A DNA stretch of 64,000 nt from an uncultured delta proteobacterium (GTDB lineage: Bacteria > Desulfobacterota > Binatia > HRBIN30 > BPIQ01): NCBI GenBank assembly GCA_963761335.1, contig CAVXGR010000018.1:64001-128000 (forward strand). Direction: 5' to 3'. Of this stretch, positions 1-11,972 are shown piece by piece. Each line of letters begins with the position of its first letter. The stretch's first letter is position 1. The notes beneath the pieces are model-generated. The model did no database searches and was not told the DNA's origin. It saw nothing but the letters and a program-made list of their open reading frames with translations. Position numbers and translations under genes: made by a program.

Positions 1-173
1 GCCCGGTTCCGGCCGGGAGCAAGGTCCACGCGCGCTCCCGTCTGGCCGCCGTCGAGGCGAAGCCCAAGGGCACGCAGGTCACCCAGGAGATCGCCGTGCA
101 CGTGGCTGGCAGCGATCGCCCGGCGCTCCTCTACACCATGCTGGTCCTCTACCACCCGTCGATGGGCAAGTGA
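1..173 (+). CDS. MaoC/NodN-like dehydratase, 3' end only (window edge)
   Basis: Manual translation from base 3: PVPAGSKVHARSRLAAVEAKPKGTQVTQEIAVHVAGSDRPALLY...*, typical of a MaoC hot-dog fold C-terminus; TGA at 171-173. Confidence 0.6.
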   Translation, partial: PVPAGSKVHARSRLAAVEAKPKGTQVTQEIAVHVAGSDRPALLYTMLVLYHPSMGK

Positions 174-213
174 CGCCGGCGGCAGCACGGCGAGCAGGCG
201 GGAACCACTCCTG

Positions 214-2112
<1,899 letters not shown>

Positions 2113-2117
2113 AAGAT

Positions 2118-2237
2118 GAGGGGTTGAGGGATTGAGGTGTTGGTTGTTAGGGCGCCGGAGATTTGTTCGCGTCGCTGACTCTATCTCGAAATCATTCCCC
2201 CGCTCTTCCCCTCAACACCCCAACACCTCAACACCCC
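2118..2237. repeat. Intergenic palindrome with short tandem-repeat arms (family B)
   Basis: GGGGTTGAGGGATTGAGGTGTTGGTTGTTAGG ... CCCCTCAACACCCCAACACCTCAACACCCC; related copies at 24139, 32637, 33507, 38398 and 47649. Confidence 0.65.
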
Positions 2238-2279
2238 GCCTTGACGGTCCGTGGGTCTGCTGCTAGCCCCACTGCACTG

Positions 2280-3662
2280 ATGTCTATTCGCGTGCGGCAG
2301 TGGGTGGTCTGGGCTCTGCTTCTCGCGCTCGCGGGCACCGCGCAGGCAGCGCCCTACGCCGAGCGGGTGGTCGAGAGGACGTTTGCCAACGGTCTCAAGG
2401 TCCTGGTGCTCGAGGACCACAAGGCACCGGTTGGCGTCATCCAGGTCTGGTATCGGGTGGGCTCCCGCAACGAGAATCTCGGGCGCACCGGGCTCTCCCA
2501 TCTGCTCGAGCACATGATGTTCAAGGGAACGAAGAAGGTCGGTCCGGAAGAGTACTCGCGCATCATCCAGCGCAACGGCGGCGACGAGAACGCCTTCACG
2601 AGCCAGGACTACACCACCTACTTCGCCACCCTCGCCAGCGACCGGCTGCACGTTGCCGCGGAGCTCGAGGCCGACCGCATGGCCAACCTCGTGCTCGACG
2701 AGAAGCAGTTCGAGCCGGAGCACGCCGTGGTTCTGGAGGAGCGGCGGCTGCGCACCGATGACAATCCGACGTCGGCGCTGTTCGAGATGTTGTCGGCGAC
2801 CGCCTACGTCGCCCACCCGTACGAGTGGCCGGTCATCGGCTGGATGAACGATATCGAGAAGGCCACCCGAGACGACGTCCTCGGCTACTACCGGCGGTAC
2901 TACAATCCGGGAAACGCCTTCGTGGTGATCGTCGGTGACGTTTCCGCGGCGGAATTCATGAAGACGCTCGAGAAGGAGTTTGGCGCCGTGCCGGCGGCCG
3001 TGTCGCCGCCGCCGGCGCTGCGCGCCGAGGAGCCTCCGCAGGAAGGGGAGCGCCGCGTCGTGTTGCGCAAGGAAGCCGAGCTGCCGTTTGTCGCCATGGC
3101 CTTCCACGTCCCGAGCTTCCCCGATCCCGACAGCGCGCCGCTCTCGGTGCTCGAGGACGTCCTCTCCGGCGGGCGGAGCACGCGCCTGTACGACGAGCTG
3201 GTGTACAAGCAGCGACTCGCCCTCTCTGTCGGCGCCTCGTACGACGACACCTCCAAGGATCCCGGCCTGTTCGTTGTCTACGGGCAGCCGCTCCCCGGCA
3301 AGACGGCCGCCGCAGTGGAGAAGGCTCTCCTGGAGCAGATCGACCAGGTGCAGAAGGCGCCGGTGACCGCGCGCGAGCTGCAGAAGGTGAAGAACGGCGT
3401 GGAAGCCAGCTTCGTCCTGGCGCAGGACTCTCTCTTCTACCAGGGCCTGCTTCTCGGGCAGTACGAGATCCTCGGCGACTGGCGCCTGATCGACCGGTAC
3501 GTGCCGGCCATCAACGCCGTGACCGCCGATGACGTGCAGCGGGTCGCCAAGAAGTATCTGACGGCGAGCAATCGCACGGTCGCCACCCTCGAGCCGCTGC
3601 CCACGAGCGGCAAGAAGCACCGACCCGCGGCGCCGCCGCCGATCGGTGGGCCGGTGCACTGA
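2280..3662 (+). CDS. M16B zinc peptidase, catalytic subunit
   Basis: HLLEH inverted zinc motif, NAFTSQDYTTY, VLEERR; signal peptide; ATG at 2280 preferred over the ORF-track start. Confidence 0.92.
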   Translation: MSIRVRQWVVWALLLALAGTAQAAPYAERVVERTFANGLKVLVLEDHKAPVGVIQVWYRVGSRNENLGRTGLSHLLEHMMFKGTKKVGPEEYSRIIQRNGGDENAFTSQDYTTYFATLASDRLHVAAELEADRMANLVLDEKQFEPEHAVVLEERRLRTDDNPTSALFEMLSATAYVAHPYEWPVIGWMNDIEKATRDDVLGYYRRYYNPGNAFVVIVGDVSAAEFMKTLEKEFGAVPAAVSPPPALRAEEPPQEGERRVVLRKEAELPFVAMAFHVPSFPDPDSAPLSVLEDVLSGGRSTRLYDELVYKQRLALSVGASYDDTSKDPGLFVVYGQPLPGKTAAAVEKALLEQIDQVQKAPVTARELQKVKNGVEASFVLAQDSLFYQGLLLGQYEILGDWRLIDRYVPAINAVTADDVQRVAKKYLTASNRTVATLEPLPTSGKKHRPAAPPPIGGPVH

Positions 3663-5020
3663 TGCGCACTGTCCGCGTGCTCCTGATCGCCGTCGCCCTG
3701 GCGCAGCTGCCCCTGCCGGCCGGAGCGGCGGGCCCCCCGGTCGTCCGCAAGACGCTGAGCAACGGCGTCGAGGTGCAGATTTCGCCGCAGAAGGCGATTC
3801 CGGCGGTGATCGTCAACATCCTGGTGGATGCGGGTGCGCGCCTCGACCCGGCCGGCAAGGAGGGTCTGGGAAACCTCACTGCCGACCTGCTGACCGAGGG
3901 CACCGAGAAGCGCAGCGCCCAGCAGATCAGCGATGCCGCCGATTTCATCGGCGCCTCGCTGTCCTCATCGGCCGGCGACGATTACGCCTCGGTGCGCCTG
4001 ACGGTGTTGCGCAAGTATCTGAACGAGGGTCTGGATCTGCTTGCCGCCGTGTTGCTGCGTCCGACCTTTCCGCAGCAGGAGGTGGACCGCCGGCGGGAGC
4101 GGATGCTGGCGGCAATCCGCTCCAGCGAGGACAATCCGGGCGCCGTGGCCGAGCGCGCCTTCGACAAGGCGCTCTTCGGCTCGGGTCCGTACGGCCATCC
4201 GGTTGTGGGCTGGCCGGATGCCGTGCGCTCTCTGACACGCGCCGACATCCAGGGTTTCTATCGCCGCTGGTACACGCCCGAGCACGCGCTGATCACCGTG
4301 GTCGGCGACATCGAGCCCGAGGCGGCGCTCGACGCCCTCGAGAAGCGCCTGCAGGGCTGGCGAAGCGAGTCCTCCACCGAGCCTCCGGCACCGACCCCGG
4401 TGCCTTCCGAGGCCGAGACCATCGTCATCGACAAGCCGCTGTCGCAGGCGAATATCGTCCTCGGCCATATCGGCGTGCGCCGCAGCAATCCCGACTTCTA
4501 CGCGCTGACGGTGATGAACCAGATCCTCGGCGGCGGCGCCTTCTCCTCGCGGCTGTTCGACGACATTCGCACCGACGCCGGGCTGGCGTACTCGGTGGGC
4601 TCGTTCTTCACCACCAACAAGCTCCGCGGCAGCTTCCAAGTGGTGATGCAGACCAAGACCTCCTCGGCGGCAGAGGCCGTGCGTATGGCCCGCAAGCAGA
4701 TCGACAGCATGCGCAGCGCGCCGGTCTCGGACGACGAGCTGTCGCAGGCGAAGAAGTACCTGACCGGCAGCTTTCCGCTGCGCCTCGACAGCAACGCCGA
4801 GATCGCCGGGCTGCTCGCCCAGATCGAGTTCTACGGCCTCGGCCACGACTATATCGACCAATACGCGGAGCACATCAACGCCGTTACCGCCGCCGATGTC
4901 CAGCGGGTGGCCCGCGAGTACCTGCACCCGGACAAGCTGGTCCTGGTGGTCGTCGGTCAGGCCGCCGAGGTCGGCATCGCCCCCACCACCGCGAGCCCCA
5001 CCCCGAGCGGCACCCCCTAA
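3662..5020 (+). CDS. M16B peptidase, non-catalytic partner subunit
   Basis: M16 fold without HxxEH; ILGGGAFSSRLF and RTDAGLAY; TGATG overlap with the upstream gene. Confidence 0.9.
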   Translation: MRTVRVLLIAVALAQLPLPAGAAGPPVVRKTLSNGVEVQISPQKAIPAVIVNILVDAGARLDPAGKEGLGNLTADLLTEGTEKRSAQQISDAADFIGASLSSSAGDDYASVRLTVLRKYLNEGLDLLAAVLLRPTFPQQEVDRRRERMLAAIRSSEDNPGAVAERAFDKALFGSGPYGHPVVGWPDAVRSLTRADIQGFYRRWYTPEHALITVVGDIEPEAALDALEKRLQGWRSESSTEPPAPTPVPSEAETIVIDKPLSQANIVLGHIGVRRSNPDFYALTVMNQILGGGAFSSRLFDDIRTDAGLAYSVGSFFTTNKLRGSFQVVMQTKTSSAAEAVRMARKQIDSMRSAPVSDDELSQAKKYLTGSFPLRLDSNAEIAGLLAQIEFYGLGHDYIDQYAEHINAVTAADVQRVAREYLHPDKLVLVVVGQAAEVGIAPTTASPTPSGTP

Positions 5021-5145
5021 CAGCTAAGGGGGGCCCCGCCCACGCAACCCCTCTCGCAATTGTCAAGGTGTGTCTTTGATGCTAGGAAGGCCCGCCAGCC
5101 GAAGGGGAGCTGGGAGAGAGAGCGAGCGAGACCGGGGGGCCAACG

Positions 5146-5445
5146 GTGGCTGCACGCACGGACATAACCATTCTGCACGAAATCGTGCGGGTCATTGAGA
5201 CCCGCGAGAAGGTGCCTGATCGGGTCCGCATCCGGACCAAGCAGTATCAGATCACCTATCTCGACGACCATCGGGCCCGCCTCGAGGAGGCCATTCGCCG
5301 CCGGGATCGCGACCGGCTGAACATGCTCTTCGGCCAGCTCCAGGGAAAAGTGCGTTATCAGGCGCTCAAGCAGCGTCCGAAGAGCAGCCGGGTGGCGACC
5401 AAGGCTCCCTCCAAGAGTGTGAAGAGGCGCGCCGCGGCGCGCTGA
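5146..5445 (+). CDS. Small basic hypothetical protein
   Basis: 99-aa ORF filling the intergenic gap, purine-rich upstream, GTG start. Confidence 0.55.
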   Translation: MAARTDITILHEIVRVIETREKVPDRVRIRTKQYQITYLDDHRARLEEAIRRRDRDRLNMLFGQLQGKVRYQALKQRPKSSRVATKAPSKSVKRRAAAR

Positions 5446-5452
5446 GAGTCCT

Positions 5453-7321
5453 TCAGGCGTTCTGCGCCAGGCGCATCGGCTCCTCGGCAACCGCTTCCGC
5501 GAGCGCCCCGCGACCGGAGAGCAGCTGGGCGGGGATGGTGAGGCGGAACGACGAGCCCCGGCCGATGGTGCTGTCGACGCTCACGTGCCCGCCGAGCTGG
5601 TCGACGAAGCGCTGCACGATGTAGAGCCCGAGGCCGACCCCTCCGGCTGCTTCCTCGCCGCTTTCCCCCTGGTGGAACATTCCGAAGATGTGCGGCAGAT
5701 CTTCGGCGGCAATCCCCGGGCCGGTGTCGCTCACCAGGACCACCAGCGATGAGGTGCTGGTCTCGTAGTCGAGGGTGACGGTCACCTCGCCGCGCGCCGT
5801 GAACTTGAGCGCATTTCCGATCAGGTTCTTGATGATGATCTTGAGCTTGGCGGCGTCGCTCTGCACGCCGCAGTTGCTGTCGAGCCGGTTGTCCCAGATC
5901 AGGGCCACGTCGGGGCTGCGCGGCAGATGCTCCATGTGCAGCTGCACCTCTTCCAAGAGCTCTGCCGGGCGCATGCTGCGCAGCTGCAGCGGGGCGCGAC
6001 CGGCTTCGAGGCGATTGACGTCGAGCACGGCGTTGATCAGCTCCAGCAGCGAGAGAGCGCTGTTGCGCAGCCGCCCGAGAACGTTCTGCTGCTCCTCCTC
6101 GACGCCGCCGTAGCTGCCGTCGAGGAGCAGATCGGAGTAGCCGAGGATGACGTTCAGCGGCGTTCTCAGCTCGTGCGACATGGTCGACATGAACTCGGTC
6201 TTCATATGGTTGGCGCGGCGCAGATCGCCGATGAGGCGAACGTTGTTGAGGGCGATGGCGGCGTGCTGGGCGATGCCGCGGAAGAGCTCCCGGGTGCTGT
6301 CGGAGAGTCGGGGCGGCGCGCTCTTCAGCCCGACGCACAGAATGCCCACCACCTGTGCGCCGTGCGTCAGCGTGGTGGCCAGCAGGTGCTTGCTGCGCCA
6401 GCGGCGCATGAGCCCGGCGGTGCGGAGGTCGGCGGCGGCTTCGCCGGAAATTTCCACGTAGCCTTCCGCGAGCACGCGATCGATCAGCGGAAAAGCGCTG
6501 CGGGTCAGCTCGATGTCGCGCAGATCACGCCCCAGCTCGCCGTCGCGCGCGGCGATGCCGGCGACGCGCAGCGACTCCTGATGCTCGTCCCACAGCAGGA
6601 TGAGCGTCCAGTCACAGGCGAGCGCCGAGCGCGCCGCAGCGGCGATGCGGTCGAGGACATCCTGCGCCTCGAGGGTGGCGTTCATCGCCCGGGCGATGGC
6701 CACCAGAGTGCGGCTGATCGAGGCTTCCCGCTCGCCGAGAGTGGCCTCGCGGAAGATGGCGAAGCGGTGCAGGTCGAGATAGTACGCGCCGAGCACCGAG
6801 ATGCCGGCGCCGGTGCAGATGCCGAAGAAGACGTAGGCGGGCGATCCGAGCGCCGCGCCGTTGATGAAGAGGACGGCGCTGGCGGCGATCAACGTGCCGA
6901 CCGAGACGATCGTCTGACCGATCACGCCCCAGGGCAGCAGCAGCGACATGCCGGTCATCAAGCAAACGCTGGCGGTGGCGACGAGCTCGGCCGGAACGCG
7001 AATGGCGGCGTAGTAGGCGTGCATCAGCAGCGACAGGCCGAGGGCGACGGCGATGGTCACCGGCAGCAGTCGCCCCTGGCGCAGCAGCTCCTCGCGCATC
7101 ATCACGAAGGGGATGCAGATTGCCAGGAGGAGCGCATAGAGCCTGACGAAGTCCGGAAAGCGGTTCGGGTAGAGAACGTACTCCAGAGCACCCGAGCCGG
7201 CGATCACCAGGAGAAACATGGCCGTGGTCTCGGGGAGACGCTCCGCCGTCACCTGCTCGGTCTCGGCGCGATAGGCGGCGGTCAATGGCATTCCCGGCGA
7301 CATGGGCATTCCCGGCGACAT
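5453..7321 (-). CDS. Membrane GAF-domain sensor histidine kinase
   Basis: N-terminal TM helices, GAF domain, H-box SHELRTPL, N-box NLIGNALKFT, G-boxes DTGPGI and GVGLGL. Confidence 0.92.
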   Translation of the reverse strand: MSPGMPMSPGMPLTAAYRAETEQVTAERLPETTAMFLLVIAGSGALEYVLYPNRFPDFVRLYALLLAICIPFVMMREELLRQGRLLPVTIAVALGLSLLMHAYYAAIRVPAELVATASVCLMTGMSLLLPWGVIGQTIVSVGTLIAASAVLFINGAALGSPAYVFFGICTGAGISVLGAYYLDLHRFAIFREATLGEREASISRTLVAIARAMNATLEAQDVLDRIAAAARSALACDWTLILLWDEHQESLRVAGIAARDGELGRDLRDIELTRSAFPLIDRVLAEGYVEISGEAAADLRTAGLMRRWRSKHLLATTLTHGAQVVGILCVGLKSAPPRLSDSTRELFRGIAQHAAIALNNVRLIGDLRRANHMKTEFMSTMSHELRTPLNVILGYSDLLLDGSYGGVEEEQQNVLGRLRNSALSLLELINAVLDVNRLEAGRAPLQLRSMRPAELLEEVQLHMEHLPRSPDVALIWDNRLDSNCGVQSDAAKLKIIIKNLIGNALKFTARGEVTVTLDYETSTSSLVVLVSDTGPGIAAEDLPHIFGMFHQGESGEEAAGGVGLGLYIVQRFVDQLGGHVSVDSTIGRGSSFRLTIPAQLLSGRGALAEAVAEEPMRLAQNA

Positions 7322-7322
7322 G
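7287..7322. repeat. 18-bp tandem duplication at the kinase start
   Basis: GGCATTCCCGGCGACATG x2, encoding MSPGMP twice. Confidence 0.85.
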
Positions 7323-7502
7323 CGTGCCGGTCGTGCAACATCGAGGCCAGCGCGCGCTGAGTTTGCCCGCTACAGGAGACGGGCGGAAAGGGAACGAAAA
7401 TGCGCTACTGCCGTGTCTGCGTGACGGCCCGGGTCGCTTGCGAACGTGCGGCCGGGTGGGGGGTACCTTGCCTTGCCTGGCCCGGCTTGCTGTACTCCCG
7501 CC

Positions 7503-8882
7503 ATGGCGCGTCGCCCCCTCGCAGTGGCAGTGACGCTTGGGCTGCTGCTGAGCTCGCTGGTCGCGGCCAACGCCGCGGATCAGTACCAGAACGAGCGCGA
7601 CCTCGGGCGTCGCTTCGCCTTCGAGGCGGCAGCCGAGCTGCCGCTGATCCACGACCCCGAGGTGGTCGACTACGTGAACCGCATCGGTCAGCGCATCGTC
7701 GCAGCGCTCGGGCCGCAGCCCTTCTCGTACCACTTCCTGGTGGTGCGCGACTCCAACGTGAACGCCTTCGCGGTGCCCGGCGGCTACATCTACGTGCACA
7801 GCGGCCTGCTCACGCGCATTGCCAACGACGACGAGCTGGCGGCGGTGCTCGGCCATGAGGTGGCCCACGTCAATGCGCACCACCTGGCGCGGGAGAAGGA
7901 GGCGACGCAGCTGATGAACTACGCGACGCTCCTGGGCGTGCTCGCCTCGGTGGTGCAGCCGGCGATCGGCGCCGCCGCGCTCGGAGCCAACGCCGCGGTG
8001 CAGCTCAAGTACAGCCGGGAGTTCGAGCAGGAAGCCGACTTCCTCGGCGCCACGTACATGCAAAAGGCCGGTTTCGAGCCGCGGGCGATGCTCGATTTCT
8101 TCCAGAAGCTGTGGGAGGACCAGCGCACGACGCCGACCTCCGTGCCGCCCTATCTGCTGTCGCACCCGCTCACCTCCCAGCGCCTCAACGCCCTCGAGGC
8201 GACGCTGAAGACCAAGCAGTGGGAAGGCGGTCCGCGCCCGCAGGCGAGCGAAGAGCTGCTGCGGGTGCAGCTGATCGCCAGAGTCCGCTCCGGGCAGGGC
8301 AAGGACGTGGTCGACTCGTACCGCAAGCTGGTTGCGGAGAACCCCGCGGACGGCCGCAGCCGTTACCTGCTCGGCTATGCGCTCCTCGAGTCCGGCTCGT
8401 ACGACGCCGCCAAGCAGGTGCTCGAGGCCGCCCGAGAGCTGGGTTACCGGGACGTCGACCGCGAGCTCGGGCGCGCCCTGCTGCGCCTGCGGCAGCCGCA
8501 GGAAGCGCGCTCCGTCCTGGCGCGAGCGGTGGAGATCCATCCCGACGACGCCATGGCGCAGCTGGAGTACGGGCGGGTTCTCGAGGCCCTGAGTGTCAAC
8601 GACCAGGCGCTCGCCGCTTACCGGCGCGCCGCCGCTCTCGATCCGGATCTCGGCGAAGCGCAGTATCAGCTGGGCATGGCGGCTGGCCGCAGCGGCCAGG
8701 CGGGTGAGGGCTTCTATCACCTCGGCATCTCGTACAAGCTGCGCGGCGAGTACGCCCAGGCGCTGAGCCAGCTGGAGAAGGCGCTGCCTCTGCTCGACAA
8801 GCGACCGGAGGAGCAGCAGGTGAAGGAGGACGTGCAGGAGCTGCGCGAATATCTGGGCAAGCACAGGAGCCTTTTTCGCTAA
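7503..8882 (+). CDS. M48 metalloprotease with TPR repeats (BepA/YfgC-like)
   Basis: NAFAVPGG, HEVAH, YSREFEQEAD, LSHP; C-terminal TPRs; signal peptide. Confidence 0.9.
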   Translation: MARRPLAVAVTLGLLLSSLVAANAADQYQNERDLGRRFAFEAAAELPLIHDPEVVDYVNRIGQRIVAALGPQPFSYHFLVVRDSNVNAFAVPGGYIYVHSGLLTRIANDDELAAVLGHEVAHVNAHHLAREKEATQLMNYATLLGVLASVVQPAIGAAALGANAAVQLKYSREFEQEADFLGATYMQKAGFEPRAMLDFFQKLWEDQRTTPTSVPPYLLSHPLTSQRLNALEATLKTKQWEGGPRPQASEELLRVQLIARVRSGQGKDVVDSYRKLVAENPADGRSRYLLGYALLESGSYDAAKQVLEAARELGYRDVDRELGRALLRLRQPQEARSVLARAVEIHPDDAMAQLEYGRVLEALSVNDQALAAYRRAAALDPDLGEAQYQLGMAAGRSGQAGEGFYHLGISYKLRGEYAQALSQLEKALPLLDKRPEEQQVKEDVQELREYLGKHRSLFR

Positions 8883-9008
8883 TCGATCGCGGTTGTTGAC
8901 CGTTTCGTTCGTCCGTCGTCGTTTCTTCGGCGATCAATGCCATGCTATCAGCTTCGACGAACGGACGGCACCGAGGTTGCTGGCGGCCGGCGGAGATGGG
9001 GCAGTGAA

Positions 9009-10796
9009 ATGTGGAGGCGACTGGTCACCCTTCTGGCTCGACCCTGGATGCCGCTGGCGGCGGCTGGGCTCGGTGTAATCCTCAGCCTGCCATCGGTCGG
9101 TGGCGGCCTACTGGGTGACGACTATTTTCAGCGCTCGGTGCTGCTTGGCATCGGCGATGCCGGTACCGGGAGCTCGCCACTATTCGACATGTTCTCGTTC
9201 GTATCCAGAGGGCCGCGGCTCGAGACGGAATTGGATCTCGGGATGTTGGGATGGTGGACACATCCACAGATCAGCATCGCCTTTTTTCGTCCGCTGACGG
9301 TGATCACGCATGTGCTCGATTATACCCTGTGGCCGAACGCCATTTTCGCACATCATCTCCACAATCTTTTCTGGTACGCCCTGGCGATCGCTGCGGTAGG
9401 CGCGCTGTATCGCGAGGTCGAAGGGGGAACGGCGGTTGCCGGTCTGGCGGCGGTTCTGTTTGCCGTCGACGACGCGCACGCCATGTGTGTCGGCTGGCTG
9501 GCCAATCGGCACGCGCTCATCGCCCTGGTCTTCGGGGTCTTCGCGTTGCTGGCACACGTGCGCTGGCGACGTACAAACGGATTGGCCTGGTTCGCTGCCG
9601 CGGTTGGTTCCCTGACGCTGGCGTTGCTGAGTGGCGAGGCGGGTCTCGGTGCCGCGGCCTACATTGTCGCCTGGGAGCTGGCGATGGAAGATGAGCCGTG
9701 GAGACAGAGAGCAGCGGCGCTACTGCCCTACATCCTGCTGGTGGCCGGATGGCGCGCCGTCTACGAGCAGCTCGGCTACGGCAGCACCGGCTCCCTGTTG
9801 TACGTCGACCCCGGCCATTATCCGTTCGCCTTCCTGCGCGCTCTCGCTGAACGTTGGCCCGTCCTGCAGCTCGCGCAATGGTTCCAGGTTCCCGTAGATC
9901 TTTACATCCTGATGCCACGCAGCGCTCAGGTCGCGCTTGCGTTGAGTGCCATGGTCGCCTGTATCGCATTGGTCTGGCTCCTGGTGCCGCTGCTCGCCCA
10001 ACGCCGCACGGCTCGATTCTGGGCGGCCGGTATGTCCCTGGCCCTGGTGCCGCTTTGCGCCGCCTTTCCAATGGATCGTCTGTTGCTGTTCTCGGGGGTG
10101 GGGGCGTTCGGATTGATCGCCTTGCTGGCGGAGCAAACGGGCTTGCTGTCGCGCATCGCCGCCGTGCCCGACAAGGTCAGGCGCCTCATCGCTCAGGCGC
10201 TGTTGGTGATCCACGGCCCGCTGGCAGCGCTGCTGCTGGTCGCGCGAATTGCGGCGCTTCCACTATTGGGAGGCCTCTTCGAAGTCGGAGTGTTGACCGC
10301 GCCTGCGGACGAGCAAGCGCCGCGGCAGACCTATGTGTTCGTCAACGGCCAGGAGCTCCCGGTTGTCTACCTCTCCATCATCCGCCAGCTCGAAAACCCG
10401 GCTGCCGCCCCGCGGCGTGTTGCTTTGTTGGCTTCGATGCTCAACGACAACGAAGTCTACCGCGAGGACGAAACGACGTTGGTGATCCGAGCCCGCGACG
10501 GTTTCCTGAAGTCGCCGGTAGATCAGTTGATGCGCAGCCTGGAGACACCCTTCCAGATCGGTGAGCGCATCGAGCGCCGCGACTTCACGGCCGAGGTCCG
10601 CTCGATCACGGCCGATGGCCGTCCGGCCGAAGTGGCCTTCCAGTTCCATATGCCGCTCGAAAGCAAGGAGCTCCGCTGGCTGGCCTGGGATGAGAGCGGC
10701 GTACGACCGTTCCGGCTCCCGCCCATCGGCGCGCGGGTCGAGTTGCCGGTGGTGAGCATTCTGTCGCAGTTGCGCGTGCGGTCGGCGCACCACTAA
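9009..10796 (+). CDS. Polytopic membrane protein, probable GT-C (TMTC/PMT-like) glycosyltransferase
   Basis: GDDY after TM1, FFRPL..LDY.LW, H.HN, W..NRH and LSGE motifs; many TM helices. Confidence 0.55.
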   Translation: MWRRLVTLLARPWMPLAAAGLGVILSLPSVGGGLLGDDYFQRSVLLGIGDAGTGSSPLFDMFSFVSRGPRLETELDLGMLGWWTHPQISIAFFRPLTVITHVLDYTLWPNAIFAHHLHNLFWYALAIAAVGALYREVEGGTAVAGLAAVLFAVDDAHAMCVGWLANRHALIALVFGVFALLAHVRWRRTNGLAWFAAAVGSLTLALLSGEAGLGAAAYIVAWELAMEDEPWRQRAAALLPYILLVAGWRAVYEQLGYGSTGSLLYVDPGHYPFAFLRALAERWPVLQLAQWFQVPVDLYILMPRSAQVALALSAMVACIALVWLLVPLLAQRRTARFWAAGMSLALVPLCAAFPMDRLLLFSGVGAFGLIALLAEQTGLLSRIAAVPDKVRRLIAQALLVIHGPLAALLLVARIAALPLLGGLFEVGVLTAPADEQAPRQTYVFVNGQELPVVYLSIIRQLENPAAAPRRVALLASMLNDNEVYREDETTLVIRARDGFLKSPVDQLMRSLETPFQIGERIERRDFTAEVRSITADGRPAEVAFQFHMPLESKELRWLAWDESGVRPFRLPPIGARVELPVVSILSQLRVRSAHH

Positions 10797-10798
10797 AA

Positions 10799-11950
10799 AT
10801 GTCCGGCGGAGAGCAACCGCTCAGGCCCCGTTCGTGCCGCCCCGGAAATGATCCTTGCGCGGCTCGTTTCTTCGAGGTCGCGAGGCTGTCGGCTGGATGC
10901 GACGCACTGCCCGCCGCCCCTGGTGTGTACGTGTTCCGCGACTCTTCAGGGACGCCTCTGTACGTCGGCACCAGCAAGAACCTGCGGGCGCGGCTGCGCA
11001 GCTACTTCCAGCCGGCGACGTCGAGGCGGCGCAAGGAGTGGAGTCTGCTCCATGACGCGACGCGCCTCGAGGTGCGGCTGACCGGCTCCGAGTTCGCGGC
11101 TCTGCTGGAAGAGATTCGCCTGATCCAGGAGCACTCTCCGCCGCTGAACCGACGCCTGAAGCGGCCCGGGCTCTACGCCTACGTCATCGTCGAGCACCCC
11201 GATGGGTTTCCCCGCTTGCGAATTTCGGCCGAAGCCGATCCCGGCGGCGCCCACGTTCTCGGCCCCTTCGCGCGCCGCCCCGGTCTGCGCCGCGCGCTCG
11301 AGGCGGTGAGCGATGCGTACGGACTGCGGACCTGCGAGGAGCCGCTGCGCCCGGACCCGCGCGGCTCCGCCTGCTGGCGCGCCGAGGTGGGCACCTGTAG
11401 CGCACCCTGCATCGACCGCATTGCCGAGGGCGACTACGGCCGCAATCTGCTGCGCGCCCTGAACGCCATCTCCGGCGGGCGTGCGGCGCTGCAGCTCCTC
11501 GAGAGACAGCGCGATCGACTGGCGGAGATGGAGCGCTTCGAGGCCGCCGGCCGCGTCCAGCGGCAGATCGCCGCGTCGAATCGGCTGCGCCGCGTCCTGC
11601 GGCCGGTGCGCCTGGCGCTGGACTGGGACGACGCCTTGGTGGTGCAGCCCGGAGCCGAGCTCGGAACGGTGGCGATCTGGGCGGTGCTCGGCGGCCGGGT
11701 GGCGCACTGCGAGCAGGGGCGGGCGGAGGATCTGGCGCACCTGTTCGTGCGCCTCTGGGAGTCGGCGCGGCGGCGCCGCCAGCGCGATTACACCGAGCGC
11801 GTCGAGGTCGACGCGGCGCGCCTCATTCACCGCTGGCTGCGGCGCCCGGCCAATCGGCAATGGGTCGCCGCCCTTCGCGGCAACGGCAGGGAGGCGGCGT
11901 GGCGGCAGGTGCAGGCGGCTGCGGAGCGCTGCCTCGACAGGCTCCTCTGA
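10799..11950 (+). CDS. UvrC/Cho-like GIY-YIG endonuclease
   Basis: PGVYVF..LYVGTSKNLRARLRSYF, Cys cluster (RTC, C, CSAPC), UVR-like ERFEAAGRVQ; lacks the UvrC RNase H/HhH half. Confidence 0.8.
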   Translation: MSGGEQPLRPRSCRPGNDPCAARFFEVARLSAGCDALPAAPGVYVFRDSSGTPLYVGTSKNLRARLRSYFQPATSRRRKEWSLLHDATRLEVRLTGSEFAALLEEIRLIQEHSPPLNRRLKRPGLYAYVIVEHPDGFPRLRISAEADPGGAHVLGPFARRPGLRRALEAVSDAYGLRTCEEPLRPDPRGSACWRAEVGTCSAPCIDRIAEGDYGRNLLRALNAISGGRAALQLLERQRDRLAEMERFEAAGRVQRQIAASNRLRRVLRPVRLALDWDDALVVQPGAELGTVAIWAVLGGRVAHCEQGRAEDLAHLFVRLWESARRRRQRDYTERVEVDAARLIHRWLRRPANRQWVAALRGNGREAAWRQVQAAAERCLDRLL

Positions 11951-11972
11951 GTCGGGAAGCCCCCCGCCTTCG

